This document shows positions 8,059-17,103 of a stretch of DNA of 32,000 bases, in pieces (position 1 is the stretch's first letter; every line of letters starts with the position of its first letter). A program made the position numbers and the translations under genes. Under the pieces are notes generated by a model. The model was not told the DNA's origin, made no database searches, and saw only the letters and a program-made list of their open reading frames with translations. The stretch is from Psychrobacter sp. HD31 (GTDB taxonomy: Bacteria; Pseudomonadota; Gammaproteobacteria; Pseudomonadales; Moraxellaceae), in assembly GCF_051097895.1 (NCBI RefSeq), contig NZ_CP142525.1, positions 120,001-152,000 of the forward strand, read 5' to 3'.

Positions 8059-9063
8059 ATGTCCACCGCATTTACCAAACCAGTATGGTCATTAATTATT
8101 ACTCTAATAATCAGTTGTCTGCTTTTTTTAACTTTAGATTCTGGTCTTTCGATTACTAAATTTGATGCTGATAGTTGGCAATTTATTTTAGGTTTGCGTA
8201 GCAAAAAATTATTGGCTTTGCTGATAGTTGGTTTTGCAGTTGGTGCTTCAACTCTTTTATTTCAAACCATTACTCACAACCCCATTTTAACCCCGTCTTT
8301 ACTTGGTTTTGATTCTTTATATATATTATTACAGTCTTTGTTGGTATTTAGTTTAGGTGCGGTACATTTTAATAATATCAATCCAATTTTTAAGTTTACT
8401 TTGGAAGTAAGCTTAATGTTTACAGCTTCGTTTTTATTATTTGTACTAATGTTTAGGCGTAAAAAGGTTGATTTAGCTGCGATTGATTTAACTCGAGTGA
8501 TTTTGGTTGGTATTATTTTTGGTGTGTTGTTTCGTAGTTTTTCTGCCTTGATTTCTCGTCTTATGGATCCAGAAGAATATATCACTATTCAAGTAGCAAG
8601 TTTTGCAGGCTTTAATTCGGTTAACCCACAATTAATGGTGATTAGTTTGTTATGTTGTGTGTTTGCCGCTTTTTTAATATGGCGGTGGCGTAATGAGTGT
8701 GATGTGTTGCTGCTAGGTAAAATACAAGCAGTTAACTTAGGTGTGAATTATTTTGGAATAGTTTTTCGTTTATTAATAATTATTTCATTATTAGTAGCAA
8801 CGGCAACCGCATTTGTTGGCCCTGTTACTTTTTTAGGATTATTAGTTTGCGCATTGACTAATAAAATCTCTCGAAAAATGTACCATGGAGAACGTTTATT
8901 ATTGGTCAGTTTAATAGCCATGACTTTTTTAGTTTTGGGTCAAACTATATTTGAGCATGTGTTGGGCATGGCCGGAATTTTATCAGTAGTGATTGAGTTT
9001 GTTGGCGGTATTGCATTTTTGGTATTAATTTTTGGGCTTAATAAGGCTAAAAAAATAGTATAG
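8059..9063 (+). CDS. iron-chelate ABC transporter permease, FecCD family (subunit 2)
   Basis: 334-aa polytopic ORF starting 10 nt after the previous stop. NPILTPSLLGFDSLY and FVGPVTFLGLLV motifs are typical of the second permease of heterodimeric siderophore importers (CeuC/VctG/YclO-like). Confidence 0.8.
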   Translation: MSTAFTKPVWSLIITLIISCLLFLTLDSGLSITKFDADSWQFILGLRSKKLLALLIVGFAVGASTLLFQTITHNPILTPSLLGFDSLYILLQSLLVFSLGAVHFNNINPIFKFTLEVSLMFTASFLLFVLMFRRKKVDLAAIDLTRVILVGIIFGVLFRSFSALISRLMDPEEYITIQVASFAGFNSVNPQLMVISLLCCVFAAFLIWRWRNECDVLLLGKIQAVNLGVNYFGIVFRLLIIISLLVATATAFVGPVTFLGLLVCALTNKISRKMYHGERLLLVSLIAMTFLVLGQTIFEHVLGMAGILSVVIEFVGGIAFLVLIFGLNKAKKIV

Positions 9064-9074
9064 GAATCATCAGG

Positions 9075-9845
9075 ATGTTGAAGATAGAAAATATTAGTTT
9101 TAAATTTGATAATAAGCCTATTTTGTCCGATATCAATTTAACACTACAAAGTCAGCAAATAATTGCGTTGATAGGACCAAATGGTGCAGGAAAATCCACT
9201 TTATTTAGTTTAATCGGTCGTCTCAACTTTATCCAGACAGGATCTATTTACTTTGAGCATGATGGTGTGCGCTATGATATTAGCGAAACGGATTATACAA
9301 AGTTATCTAAAATCGTGTCTATGCTTTCTCAAGAAAACCATATTCAAGGGCGTTTGCGAGTCAAAGAGCTGTTGATGTTTGGTAGGTATCCATATCATAA
9401 AGGACAACCGACTCAACAAGATCAAGAAATGATTACACATATGATAAAACGCTTTGAGCTTACAGAATTGGAGAATCGATTTTTATCCGAATTATCTGGT
9501 GGGCAAAAGCAACGTGTACTCATAGCAATGGTTGTGTGTCAAGATACGCCTTTTTTATTATTGGATGAGCCATTGAACAATTTAGATATGTATCACACGG
9601 GCCGATTAATGAGAGAGCTACGTTGGTTAACTGAGGAGTTAGGGAAAACGGTCATAATTGTTTTACACGATATTAATCAGGCTGCTCAGTTTACCGATAC
9701 AGTGGTTATGCTTAAAGAAGGGAAGGTAGTGACACAAGGAACGCCGTTGGAAGTTTTAACTCAACAAAATATAAAAGAATTATATGGCGTAGAAACTACG
9801 ATATTAATGCATCAGGGTAAACCTGTTATTGTTGAGCTATTATAA
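9075..9845 (+). CDS. iron-siderophore ABC transporter ATP-binding protein (FhuC/FecE/VctC-like)
   Basis: Walker A GPNGAGKST, ABC signature LSGGQKQR, Walker B FLLLDEP and the H-loop VLHD are all present. 256 aa. Confidence 0.9.
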   Translation: MLKIENISFKFDNKPILSDINLTLQSQQIIALIGPNGAGKSTLFSLIGRLNFIQTGSIYFEHDGVRYDISETDYTKLSKIVSMLSQENHIQGRLRVKELLMFGRYPYHKGQPTQQDQEMITHMIKRFELTELENRFLSELSGGQKQRVLIAMVVCQDTPFLLLDEPLNNLDMYHTGRLMRELRWLTEELGKTVIIVLHDINQAAQFTDTVVMLKEGKVVTQGTPLEVLTQQNIKELYGVETTILMHQGKPVIVELL

Positions 9846-9897
9846 AGGTTATTATTTCAGGACTATTGCTGTTTTATGACATTAATGTATAATAAAA

Positions 9898-9926
9898 AAA
9901 TAAATGATACTGAGTATCATTTATTT
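9898..9926. promoter_or_regulatory. 29-bp perfect palindrome containing a Fur box upstream of the TonB-dependent receptor gene
   Basis: AAATAAATGATACT-G-AGTATCATTTATTT has perfect 14-bp arms. The core TGATACT-G-AGTATCA (9905-9919) matches 12/14 positions of TGATAAT-n-ATTATCA. A T-run follows. Confidence 0.65.
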
Positions 9927-9971
9927 TTTTATTTAATATGTAGACTCAATAATAAGGTTTAAGGTAGAAAC

Positions 9972-11993
9972 ATGATATCTAAGCAATCACAAAAGGTTTT
10001 GTTAAAAATCAGTAGTTTGTCTATAGCAGTTACAAGTATTATGCTATCGACACAAGCGATGGCAGATAATAGCCCTCATACCACACTACAGACGATTACA
10101 ATTAATGCAGATGTTAACAACAGAAGCAAAACCTCACAAGAAGAGGTTATACATGATGATGAATCTACCGCAATGCAGCAAGCAACGCATTTAAATAATT
10201 TTATGCACGAGGTTCCTGGGGTAGATATTGGGGGTACATCAACAGTTAACCAACACATATATATTCGTGGTGTTGAAGATAAAGATTTAAAAGTTACTGT
10301 TGATGGCGCAAGGCAAGAAAACTTTTTTTTCCATCATGCTGGTAACTTAGCGATTGATCCAGAATTTTATAAAGCAGCAGAAGTGTCTGTAGGTAATAAC
10401 TCAGTTACATTAGGTAATAACGCATCTGGCGGTGCAGTTGCCTTTAAAACAGTAGATGCTGAAGATTTACTTAAGCCTGACCAAACAATGGGTGCAAGGG
10501 TTAAGGTTGGCTATCATAGTAACGACAAGCAAGTTAACGGCAATGTGGCAGTTTATGGAAAACCAACCGATAGTACCGATGTTTTGCTTGCCTACGGTAT
10601 GCGTAATAGCGATGGTGGTGAAGATGGTCATGGTAACCATATTCAAGGTGATGATATTGAAATAGGCAACATTTTAGCAAAGTTCAGTTTTATGCCAACG
10701 GACGACCATAAAATTACGCTTGGTTATAAAAGCTTGACAGATGAAGGCAACTATCCGTTTAAACCAGAGTTTTCTTATACTTCACAAACACCATTCCCTG
10801 GTTACAATAACAGTGATGAATACACCTTAGGTTATGCTTACGATGCAAATAATAATTTTAAACTTGATGTTAACGCTTACCATACCGAGCGAGAATACCG
10901 GACACAAGGGCGAAGAGGCCCTAGAATGTTTGACTTACAGTTTGAGGGAAAAGTTGATGGCATTAATGCACAAGCACAAAATACTGTAGAACTTGGCATC
11001 TCAAACCATAACTTTATTTATGGGGCTGAGGCTTATCGCAAGTCAAGCACAGACACTGCCGACAACTCTACCGAGAAAGCCACCAGCTACGGTGTTTATT
11101 TAGAGGATCAAATCTACCTTGGGCGTTTTCACCTAACCCCAGGTGTGCGATACGACAAATACAAAGCATCATCACAAATTAACAAAGACTATGATCAATT
11201 TTCAGGTGCAATTGCTGCCAGTATTGACTTAACCAAAGATGTCAGTGTTTTTGCAAGCCATACCCAGTTTTTTAAAGGACCACCATTGCCTGAAACACTC
11301 AATAATTCATATGCTGATAGCCTGATACCAAATGCAAATTTAGAACCAGAAACAGGTACAAATACTGAGTTAGGTATCTCAGTTGTTAAAAATGATTTAT
11401 TGATGACAAACGATAACCTAAGTCTGGTTGCAAAAGGCTTTAAGACCGATATTAGTGATAAAATTGAGTCAGACTGGAACAAGGTTAATGGAAAATGGCA
11501 ATTTGGCTATGTCAATGCCGATGAAGATCAAACCGTAGAAGGCTATGAGATTGCCGCCAAATACCGTAAAGATAATGTTGTGCTTAAAGCCAGTTATGAT
11601 CACTCAGATACAGACTCAAATAAAACACGGAATTTAAGAACAACTGGAGACCGTTTGAGCGTAGGTATGGATTATCTTATGCAAGATAACTTAAGCTTTG
11701 GCATGCGCTGGAACCATGTTGCAGGGATTGATCGATTAGAGTCTCGCTGGTTGCCAAACAATGGAGATGAGAGACGATTTACAAAGAGATTTAACAACCC
11801 ATCATATCAAACTGTAGATTTTTATGGTTCTTATGTGCCAAATTTGCTACCAGATCTAAAATTAGATTTTGGGGTTTATAATGCAACAAATGCCTATTAT
11901 GCTGAGCATACTTCTTACAATAATAGCGAGTATCCAGATTATGATGCAGCTGAGGGACGTAACGTAAAAGTTAGTGCCAGCTATAAGTTTTAA
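9972..11993 (+). CDS. TonB-dependent outer-membrane receptor (siderophore or other iron-chelate)
   Basis: 673 aa. It has a signal peptide ending QAMA/DN and plug-domain motifs (IRG.....V.VDG, GGAVAFKT). The beta-barrel region includes NLEPETG. The C-terminal SASYKF ends in the terminal aromatic residue typical of TBDRs. Confidence 0.85.
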   Translation: MISKQSQKVLLKISSLSIAVTSIMLSTQAMADNSPHTTLQTITINADVNNRSKTSQEEVIHDDESTAMQQATHLNNFMHEVPGVDIGGTSTVNQHIYIRGVEDKDLKVTVDGARQENFFFHHAGNLAIDPEFYKAAEVSVGNNSVTLGNNASGGAVAFKTVDAEDLLKPDQTMGARVKVGYHSNDKQVNGNVAVYGKPTDSTDVLLAYGMRNSDGGEDGHGNHIQGDDIEIGNILAKFSFMPTDDHKITLGYKSLTDEGNYPFKPEFSYTSQTPFPGYNNSDEYTLGYAYDANNNFKLDVNAYHTEREYRTQGRRGPRMFDLQFEGKVDGINAQAQNTVELGISNHNFIYGAEAYRKSSTDTADNSTEKATSYGVYLEDQIYLGRFHLTPGVRYDKYKASSQINKDYDQFSGAIAASIDLTKDVSVFASHTQFFKGPPLPETLNNSYADSLIPNANLEPETGTNTELGISVVKNDLLMTNDNLSLVAKGFKTDISDKIESDWNKVNGKWQFGYVNADEDQTVEGYEIAAKYRKDNVVLKASYDHSDTDSNKTRNLRTTGDRLSVGMDYLMQDNLSFGMRWNHVAGIDRLESRWLPNNGDERRFTKRFNNPSYQTVDFYGSYVPNLLPDLKLDFGVYNATNAYYAEHTSYNNSEYPDYDAAEGRNVKVSASYKF

Positions 11994-12007
11994 AAAAAAC
12001 ATTTAAT

Positions 12008-12057
12008 CGACTATTGCTAGTTTCCTCCACTTTACAAAGGGCAATGGTCGGTTTTTT
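12008..12057 (+). terminator. candidate terminator of the receptor gene
   Basis: 10-bp stem CGACTATTGC/GCAATGGTCG with one G-U pair and a large 23-nt loop, followed by GTTTTTTG. Confidence 0.45.
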
Positions 12058-12113
12058 GTATAAATGTTTACTTTGCTAAACACTAAAACTTATAGAATTG
12101 ACGAATAAGTTTT

Positions 12114-12156
12114 AAAAAGCTCAATTATAGTATATAAACTGTTTTGAGCTTTTTTT
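12114..12156. terminator. orphan A/T-flanked hairpin (weak bidirectional terminator-like structure)
   Basis: AAAAAGCTCAA / TTGAGCTTTTT form 11 bp, but only 3 are G-C pairs. The loop is 19 nt and a run of seven T follows. No upstream gene needs it. Confidence 0.3.
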
Positions 12157-12245
12157 ATGTCTGTTAAAATAGTATCCATGGTAATTAGCTTGTAATCAAT
12201 CGATGGTAATTTTAAAATCAATATCAATGTGTTTTGGAGGCATTA

Positions 12246-13442
12246 GTGAAAGTCTATCTTGTTGGTGGTGCTGTGCGTGATAAACTGCTGGGCAGAGCAG
12301 TAACAGATAATGATTTTGTGGTTGTCGGTAGCACTGCCGAGCAAATGATAGCAGCGGGTTTTGAGCAAGTTGGGGCAGATTTTCCTGTTTTTTTGCACCC
12401 AACCAGCAAACAAGAATATGCTTTGGCACGCACGGAGAGAAAATCTGGTCAAGGCTATAAAGGGTTTATCGTGCATGCAAGCCCAAACATTACACTGCAA
12501 GAAGACCTACTCAGGCGTGACCTCACCATTAATGCTATGGCGGTTCAAGTTACAGGGCTAAACGATGCCACACCACTCTCAGGCGAGGTGATTGATCCAT
12601 ATAATGGTCAAGCGGATTTAGCCAATAAGCAATTGCGTCATGTCTCGGCAGCTTTTAGTGAAGATCCATTGCGTGTTTTGCGTGTTGCACGTTTTTATAG
12701 TCGTTTTGCGCATCTTGGTTTTAACATTGCTAATGAAACACTCGAGCTAATGCAACAAATTGCAAGCTCTGGCGAGTTAAATCAATTAACTCAGGAGCGT
12801 ATTTGGCAAGAAAGTAGCCGAGCAACATTGCAAAACAGTCCACAGCTGTATTGGCAAACCTTGCATCAGGTCAAGGCTTTAAAAAGCTTAGTGCCTATGT
12901 TAGATGTTGCCTGGCAAAACGTGGATACCAAACGTACCATTAGCCAAGCACTCCTTAATTCAGCTAAACTACAACTAACCATGCCACAGCGTTGGGCAGT
13001 GTTAATGTCTAGCTTTCAATGCCATGATGATAGTAATACAACACATGCGACAATACACGCGTCAAATCAGCCTTGGTTGACTGAAATTGATGAGGTACAT
13101 AAACTGCTTAAAGTACCCAAAGCTGAACAAAAAATGGCAAAAATGTATGCCCAACTTGCTGGTGGTTTAACGTGTGTTGATAGCCTATCGGCAAACCAGT
13201 TAATTGATTTGGTGCAAAACAGTGGGGCGCATAAAACGCCAATGAACTTAGAGGCACTTATACAAATAGCGACGGTATTTGGTGTTAATGTAAATCGACA
13301 AAAAATTAATCAAGCGATAGACAGCTTTAAAGCCGTTAGCATAAAAGATATTGATACAAGTTTGCAAGGCAAAGCAATTGGTCATGCGCTTACACAAGCT
13401 AGGGTAAATAAGTTACAGGGTGTGTTAGCACAATATGCATAA
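12246..13442 (+). CDS. cca: CCA-adding tRNA nucleotidyltransferase
   Basis: The N-terminus [16 protein letters not shown]...DNDFVVVG...[10 protein letters not shown]...[18 protein letters not shown]...RRDLTINAM...[11 protein letters not shown] is near-colinear with E. coli Cca. GTG 12246 follows GGAGG by 5 nt, so it is preferred over the track's TTG at 12234. Confidence 0.9.
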   Translation: MKVYLVGGAVRDKLLGRAVTDNDFVVVGSTAEQMIAAGFEQVGADFPVFLHPTSKQEYALARTERKSGQGYKGFIVHASPNITLQEDLLRRDLTINAMAVQVTGLNDATPLSGEVIDPYNGQADLANKQLRHVSAAFSEDPLRVLRVARFYSRFAHLGFNIANETLELMQQIASSGELNQLTQERIWQESSRATLQNSPQLYWQTLHQVKALKSLVPMLDVAWQNVDTKRTISQALLNSAKLQLTMPQRWAVLMSSFQCHDDSNTTHATIHASNQPWLTEIDEVHKLLKVPKAEQKMAKMYAQLAGGLTCVDSLSANQLIDLVQNSGAHKTPMNLEALIQIATVFGVNVNRQKINQAIDSFKAVSIKDIDTSLQGKAIGHALTQARVNKLQGVLAQYA

Positions 13443-13454
13443 AAGGAGGGTTGC

Positions 13455-14288
13455 ATGAGTACGTTATTTGATTTAAACACTAAACAAAGCAGCAAAGATA
13501 GCATTACTCAAGCTAACCCATCGCCAGTTATTTTAGTAACTGGGGGTGCAAAACGTATTGGAGCACAAATTATTAAAAGTGCGCATGCTAATGGCTATTC
13601 TGTCATAGTGCATTACCATCAAAGCCAAGCGCAAGCCAATGAATTAGTCGATGTTTTAAATAGTATAAGAGCCAATAGTGCTGCAGCTATTCAGGCTTCT
13701 CTTGATATTATCAATAATCCACCAGCATTACAGAGTTTTGCCCAACAAGTCATAAATATTTTTGGCAGATTAGATGCTTTAGTGCATAATGCTTCTAGAT
13801 TTTACCCTAGCCCAATTGGTCAAATAACTCACAGCACGTGGAACGAGCTGTTTTTAACCAATGCCAAAGCACCATTAATGCTCAGCCAAGCATTTTTACC
13901 ATATCTTAAAGATGCCAATGGATGCATCGTAAGTATTTTAGATATTCATGCCAATGCCAAACCTTTTAACCGTTATACCGTTTATAATATGGCAAAATCT
14001 GCCCACCAAATGATGGTGCAGTCATTGGCAATAGAGCTTGCGCCCAATATACGAGTTAATGGGGTTGCTCCGGGTGTTAATGTGTTTCCTGAAGCCGATA
14101 GCGATCAAGCAATTAGTAAGCCGCTTCAAAGTAAGATTGTTGCATCTGTACCATTAAAAAAAGAAGGTACACCCATAGATATTGCGCAAACCGTCATTTT
14201 TTTGTTAACCGCAAAATATATTACTGGGCAAATTATTGCGGTGGATGGTGGACGAAGTTTGACCTTACAAGGTGGTGATGCTGGGTAA
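13455..14288 (+). CDS. short-chain dehydrogenase/reductase, pteridine reductase / FolM-like
   Basis: 277 aa. The Rossmann motif VTGGAKRIGAQI, NAS..YP and the catalytic Y-NMAK resemble the PTR1/FolM subgroup. AAGGAGG SD precedes the ATG. Position directly after cca fits folate/pterin-linked neighbourhoods. Confidence 0.65.
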   Translation: MSTLFDLNTKQSSKDSITQANPSPVILVTGGAKRIGAQIIKSAHANGYSVIVHYHQSQAQANELVDVLNSIRANSAAAIQASLDIINNPPALQSFAQQVINIFGRLDALVHNASRFYPSPIGQITHSTWNELFLTNAKAPLMLSQAFLPYLKDANGCIVSILDIHANAKPFNRYTVYNMAKSAHQMMVQSLAIELAPNIRVNGVAPGVNVFPEADSDQAISKPLQSKIVASVPLKKEGTPIDIAQTVIFLLTAKYITGQIIAVDGGRSLTLQGGDAG

Positions 14289-14410
14289 CGTTGGTTAAAA
14301 AACCCATAAGGAGTTATTAACTTAATCACATCATATAGCAATTTTTGCATACCAATTTACATACTATTTTTTACTCAAACCTATTAAATACTACTATTTA
14401 AGGAGTTACC

Positions 14411-15748
14411 ATGACCCAAAAAACAAGCCAAGAAATTGAACATAATCCAGAATTTGATAATGGGCGTTGGTTTCCTACTTGGAGAAAATACCAAGGAAAT
14501 TTAGAAACAGATCCGGTGGCAATTAATGAAAAATTGCCAGCATCTAGTAGTATTTTATTGGCAATACAACACACCTTTGCCATGTTTGGTGCAACGGTAT
14601 TGGCACCTTTATTAATGGGGTTTGATGCCAACCTTGCTATTTTAATGTCTGGTATTTGTACCATCTTGTTTTTTATCATGACGGGCGGACGCATGCCCAG
14701 CTATTTGGGCTCTAGTTTTGCTTTTATTGGTCCTGTACTGGCTGTAACGGCTTATGCTGGTAGTGGCTTTAATGAAAACTTGGGTGTTGCGCTTGGTGGC
14801 ATCATGGCGTGCGGTATTATTTATTCATTGGTTGGTTTGCTGGTGATGAAAACGGGTACAGATTGGATTGAGCAGCTTATGCCACCAATTGTCACCGGTG
14901 CGATTGTGATGATCATTGGTCTTAACCTTGCTCCAGTAACGATTCAAGGTGTTTCTGCTAATCAGTTTGATGCTTGGGTCGCAATGATGACGGTATTGAT
15001 GATTGGTGGCGTGGCTGTGTTTACCCGTGGGATGATTCGTCGTTTGCTATTGTTGGTTGGCTTGGTGTTGTCGTATCTTATTTATATCTTGCTGACTAAT
15101 GTGATGGGGCTGGGCAAACCAATTGATTTTAGTGCGATTAGTCAGGCAGCTTGGTTTGGTTTACCTCAATTTTATACCCCAACGTTTGATAAAAATGCCA
15201 TTGTCATGATTGCACCAATTGCGTTTATTTTGGTGGCAGAAAACTTAGGGCATTTTAAAGCAGTAGAAGGCATGACTAAAGCAAGAGTCACACCTTACAT
15301 GGGGCGTGCTTTTTTTGCCGATGGCGTTGCTACTACCTTATCAGCCAGTGTGGGCGGTACTGGTGTCACCACGTATGCTGAAAACATTGGCGTTATGGCA
15401 GTAACAAAAGTTTATAGTACCATTATATTTGTGCTGGCAGGTGTGGTTGCTATTTTACTTGGTTTGTCACCAAAATTTGGTGCGATTATTCAAACAATCC
15501 CATCTGCTTTGCTTGGCGGTGCATCCATTGTTGTGTTTGGTTTAATTACGGTAGCAGGTGCTAAAATTTGGATAGATAATAAAATTGATTTTAGCAAAAA
15601 TAGTAATTTGATTATTGCTGCGGCAACCATCATTATGGGTGCTGGTAATTTTGGACTAAAAATTGGCGAATTTGATTTAGGTGGCATTGGTACAGCAACC
15701 TTGGTTGCTATTGTGTTGAACATCATGTTCCGCCGTGCAAAAGCTTAA
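14411..15748 (+). CDS. NCS2-family nucleobase (uracil/pyrimidine) permease, RutG-like
   Basis: 445 aa. The segment QHTFAMFGATVLAPLLMGFDANLAILMSGICTILFFIMTGGRMPSYLGSSFAF is closely similar to E. coli RutG/UraA. AAGGAG SD lies 5 nt upstream of the ATG. Confidence 0.85.
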   Translation: MTQKTSQEIEHNPEFDNGRWFPTWRKYQGNLETDPVAINEKLPASSSILLAIQHTFAMFGATVLAPLLMGFDANLAILMSGICTILFFIMTGGRMPSYLGSSFAFIGPVLAVTAYAGSGFNENLGVALGGIMACGIIYSLVGLLVMKTGTDWIEQLMPPIVTGAIVMIIGLNLAPVTIQGVSANQFDAWVAMMTVLMIGGVAVFTRGMIRRLLLLVGLVLSYLIYILLTNVMGLGKPIDFSAISQAAWFGLPQFYTPTFDKNAIVMIAPIAFILVAENLGHFKAVEGMTKARVTPYMGRAFFADGVATTLSASVGGTGVTTYAENIGVMAVTKVYSTIIFVLAGVVAILLGLSPKFGAIIQTIPSALLGGASIVVFGLITVAGAKIWIDNKIDFSKNSNLIIAAATIIMGAGNFGLKIGEFDLGGIGTATLVAIVLNIMFRRAKA

Positions 15749-15797
15749 TAAGCTAACCTTGGTTTAGAAAAAATCTTAAAAAAGTACTAAAGTTAAC

Positions 15798-15825
15798 AAA
15801 AGGGTGTCTATTGGCACCCTTTTTT
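15798..15825 (+). terminator. rho-independent terminator of the permease gene
   Basis: AAAAGGGTG / CACCCTTTT stem followed by a T-run. Confidence 0.7.
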
Positions 15826-15979
15826 GATTTTTCTTTTTTTGATTTGTAAATCAGATTTGATTAGCCAGTTTTAACAATAATTAAATATTGATACCGCTTT
15901 TTTATGTTGATATGTGAAGCCAATCACTTATCGATTTATCGTGAGTGTTCTTAAATGCTATGGTTTTTATTAATGCTGG

Positions 15980-16864
15980 TTATTTTTTATTAGACTTTAA
16001 AGACCCTAAATAAATTGCCAGCATGGTAAGCCCAGCACCAATCCATTGCATAAGGTTAATGGACTTATTCAACCAAAAGTAATCAATCAATAATGCGGCG
16101 ACAGGCTCACTTAATAACAATAAGCCTGTTAACGCCAAAGACAAACGAGGGATAGAGTAGGCGATTAGCCCCCATGCCAAACATTGCATCACGGTGCCAT
16201 ATACAATAAGCCAACCCAAATCTTGAAATGTTTGAGGTAGGATTGCCTCCATATTAAAAACGAACATGGGCACAATCATTGCAATAGAGCCTCCAATACT
16301 GATTAATGTCATTAATGGCAAAATAGGAGTTGGTTGTGCATCATGAGTTTTACGAATAAATGTCATCGATAAAGCCAGCATACTGCCAGACACAATGCCC
16401 GAGATAAAACCCCAAGCTGCCTTGTTATTGAGGGCAAACTCTGGGCTAGCAATCATGGCAACCCCAGTAATGGCAATTAAAAGGCTAAGGAGCTGTAGAT
16501 TGGTTTGTTTTTCTTTAAACCACACAAAACCAATGGCGGCTAAAAAAAATATTTGCAAACTATTTAATAGTGTAGAAATACCAGGACCAACTGCATAAAT
16601 ACTTTCATGCCATAAGGCTAAGTCAAAACCTAAAAAAACACCTGATATTAAGCCACATCGTAAAGCGTTTTTTGAGGTGGGGTACTTTTGTTTAAAGAGC
16701 TGTGCCAACACCGCAAATACCACACCGGCTATCGCAAGTCGCCAAAATGACATAGCATAAGCGCCTAAAGGCACATGAGCTACAATCAAACTGCCCAAAC
16801 CAAAGACCACGCAGCCTATAATTAAACCAATAGATGCAGAGCGTGAAGAATCAGTTGTTGGCAT
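15980..16864 (-). CDS. EamA/DMT-superfamily transporter
   Basis: 294 aa with 10 predicted TM segments arranged as two EamA-like halves. Family call rests on overall architecture. Confidence 0.7.
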   Translation of the reverse strand: MPTTDSSRSASIGLIIGCVVFGLGSLIVAHVPLGAYAMSFWRLAIAGVVFAVLAQLFKQKYPTSKNALRCGLISGVFLGFDLALWHESIYAVGPGISTLLNSLQIFFLAAIGFVWFKEKQTNLQLLSLLIAITGVAMIASPEFALNNKAAWGFISGIVSGSMLALSMTFIRKTHDAQPTPILPLMTLISIGGSIAMIVPMFVFNMEAILPQTFQDLGWLIVYGTVMQCLAWGLIAYSIPRLSLALTGLLLLSEPVAALLIDYFWLNKSINLMQWIGAGLTMLAIYLGSLKSNKK

Positions 16865-17103
16865 AGCTTTACCCTAAATCGTACCTTTATGTTGATAGGA
16901 TGCAATGATATAGCAGACTGACTATAAATCATATCGTTAATATGACTAAGTTGAGTGCTAAGAAGCAACTGGAAACGATTCATCATCGATTAACTTTGCT
17001 CGCTGTTAGCGATTCAATACATAAATCACATAGTCATTAACATAGGATGTTGATATAGTATATTTGTAATATTAAATTTTTTGATTTATTTGTTTATCTA
17101 TCT

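Noticed and set aside
8274-8585. 103-aa ORF antisense to the second FecCD permease
   Set aside because: It is a shadow ORF inside a membrane-protein gene, which is AT-rich and codon-biased.
10076-11482. ORFs 10076-10258(-), 10456-10665(+) and 11195-11482(-) within the TonB-dependent receptor gene
   Set aside because: All overlap the receptor frame, which has end-to-end TBDR features. None has start-site signals.
12196-12561. Three overlapping ORFs (12196-12429-, 12243-12500-, 12361-12561+) over the 5' part of cca
   Set aside because: The cca frame is near-colinear with E. coli Cca over this region, so the others are alternative-frame artefacts.
14126-15726. ORFs 14126-14350(-), 14398-14694(-) and 15490-15726(-), antisense to the SDR and permease genes
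   Set aside because: These are shadow ORFs with no supporting signals.
16395-16598. 67-aa ORF antisense to the EamA transporter gene
   Set aside because: It is a shadow ORF within a continuous 10-TM gene.
16943-17041. 32-codon ORF (MTKLSAKKQLETIHHRLTLLAVSDSIHKSHSH) in the EamA / WG-repeat intergenic region
   Set aside because: It has no Shine-Dalgarno and no recognisable features. It is indistinguishable from chance in a 240-bp AT-rich spacer.
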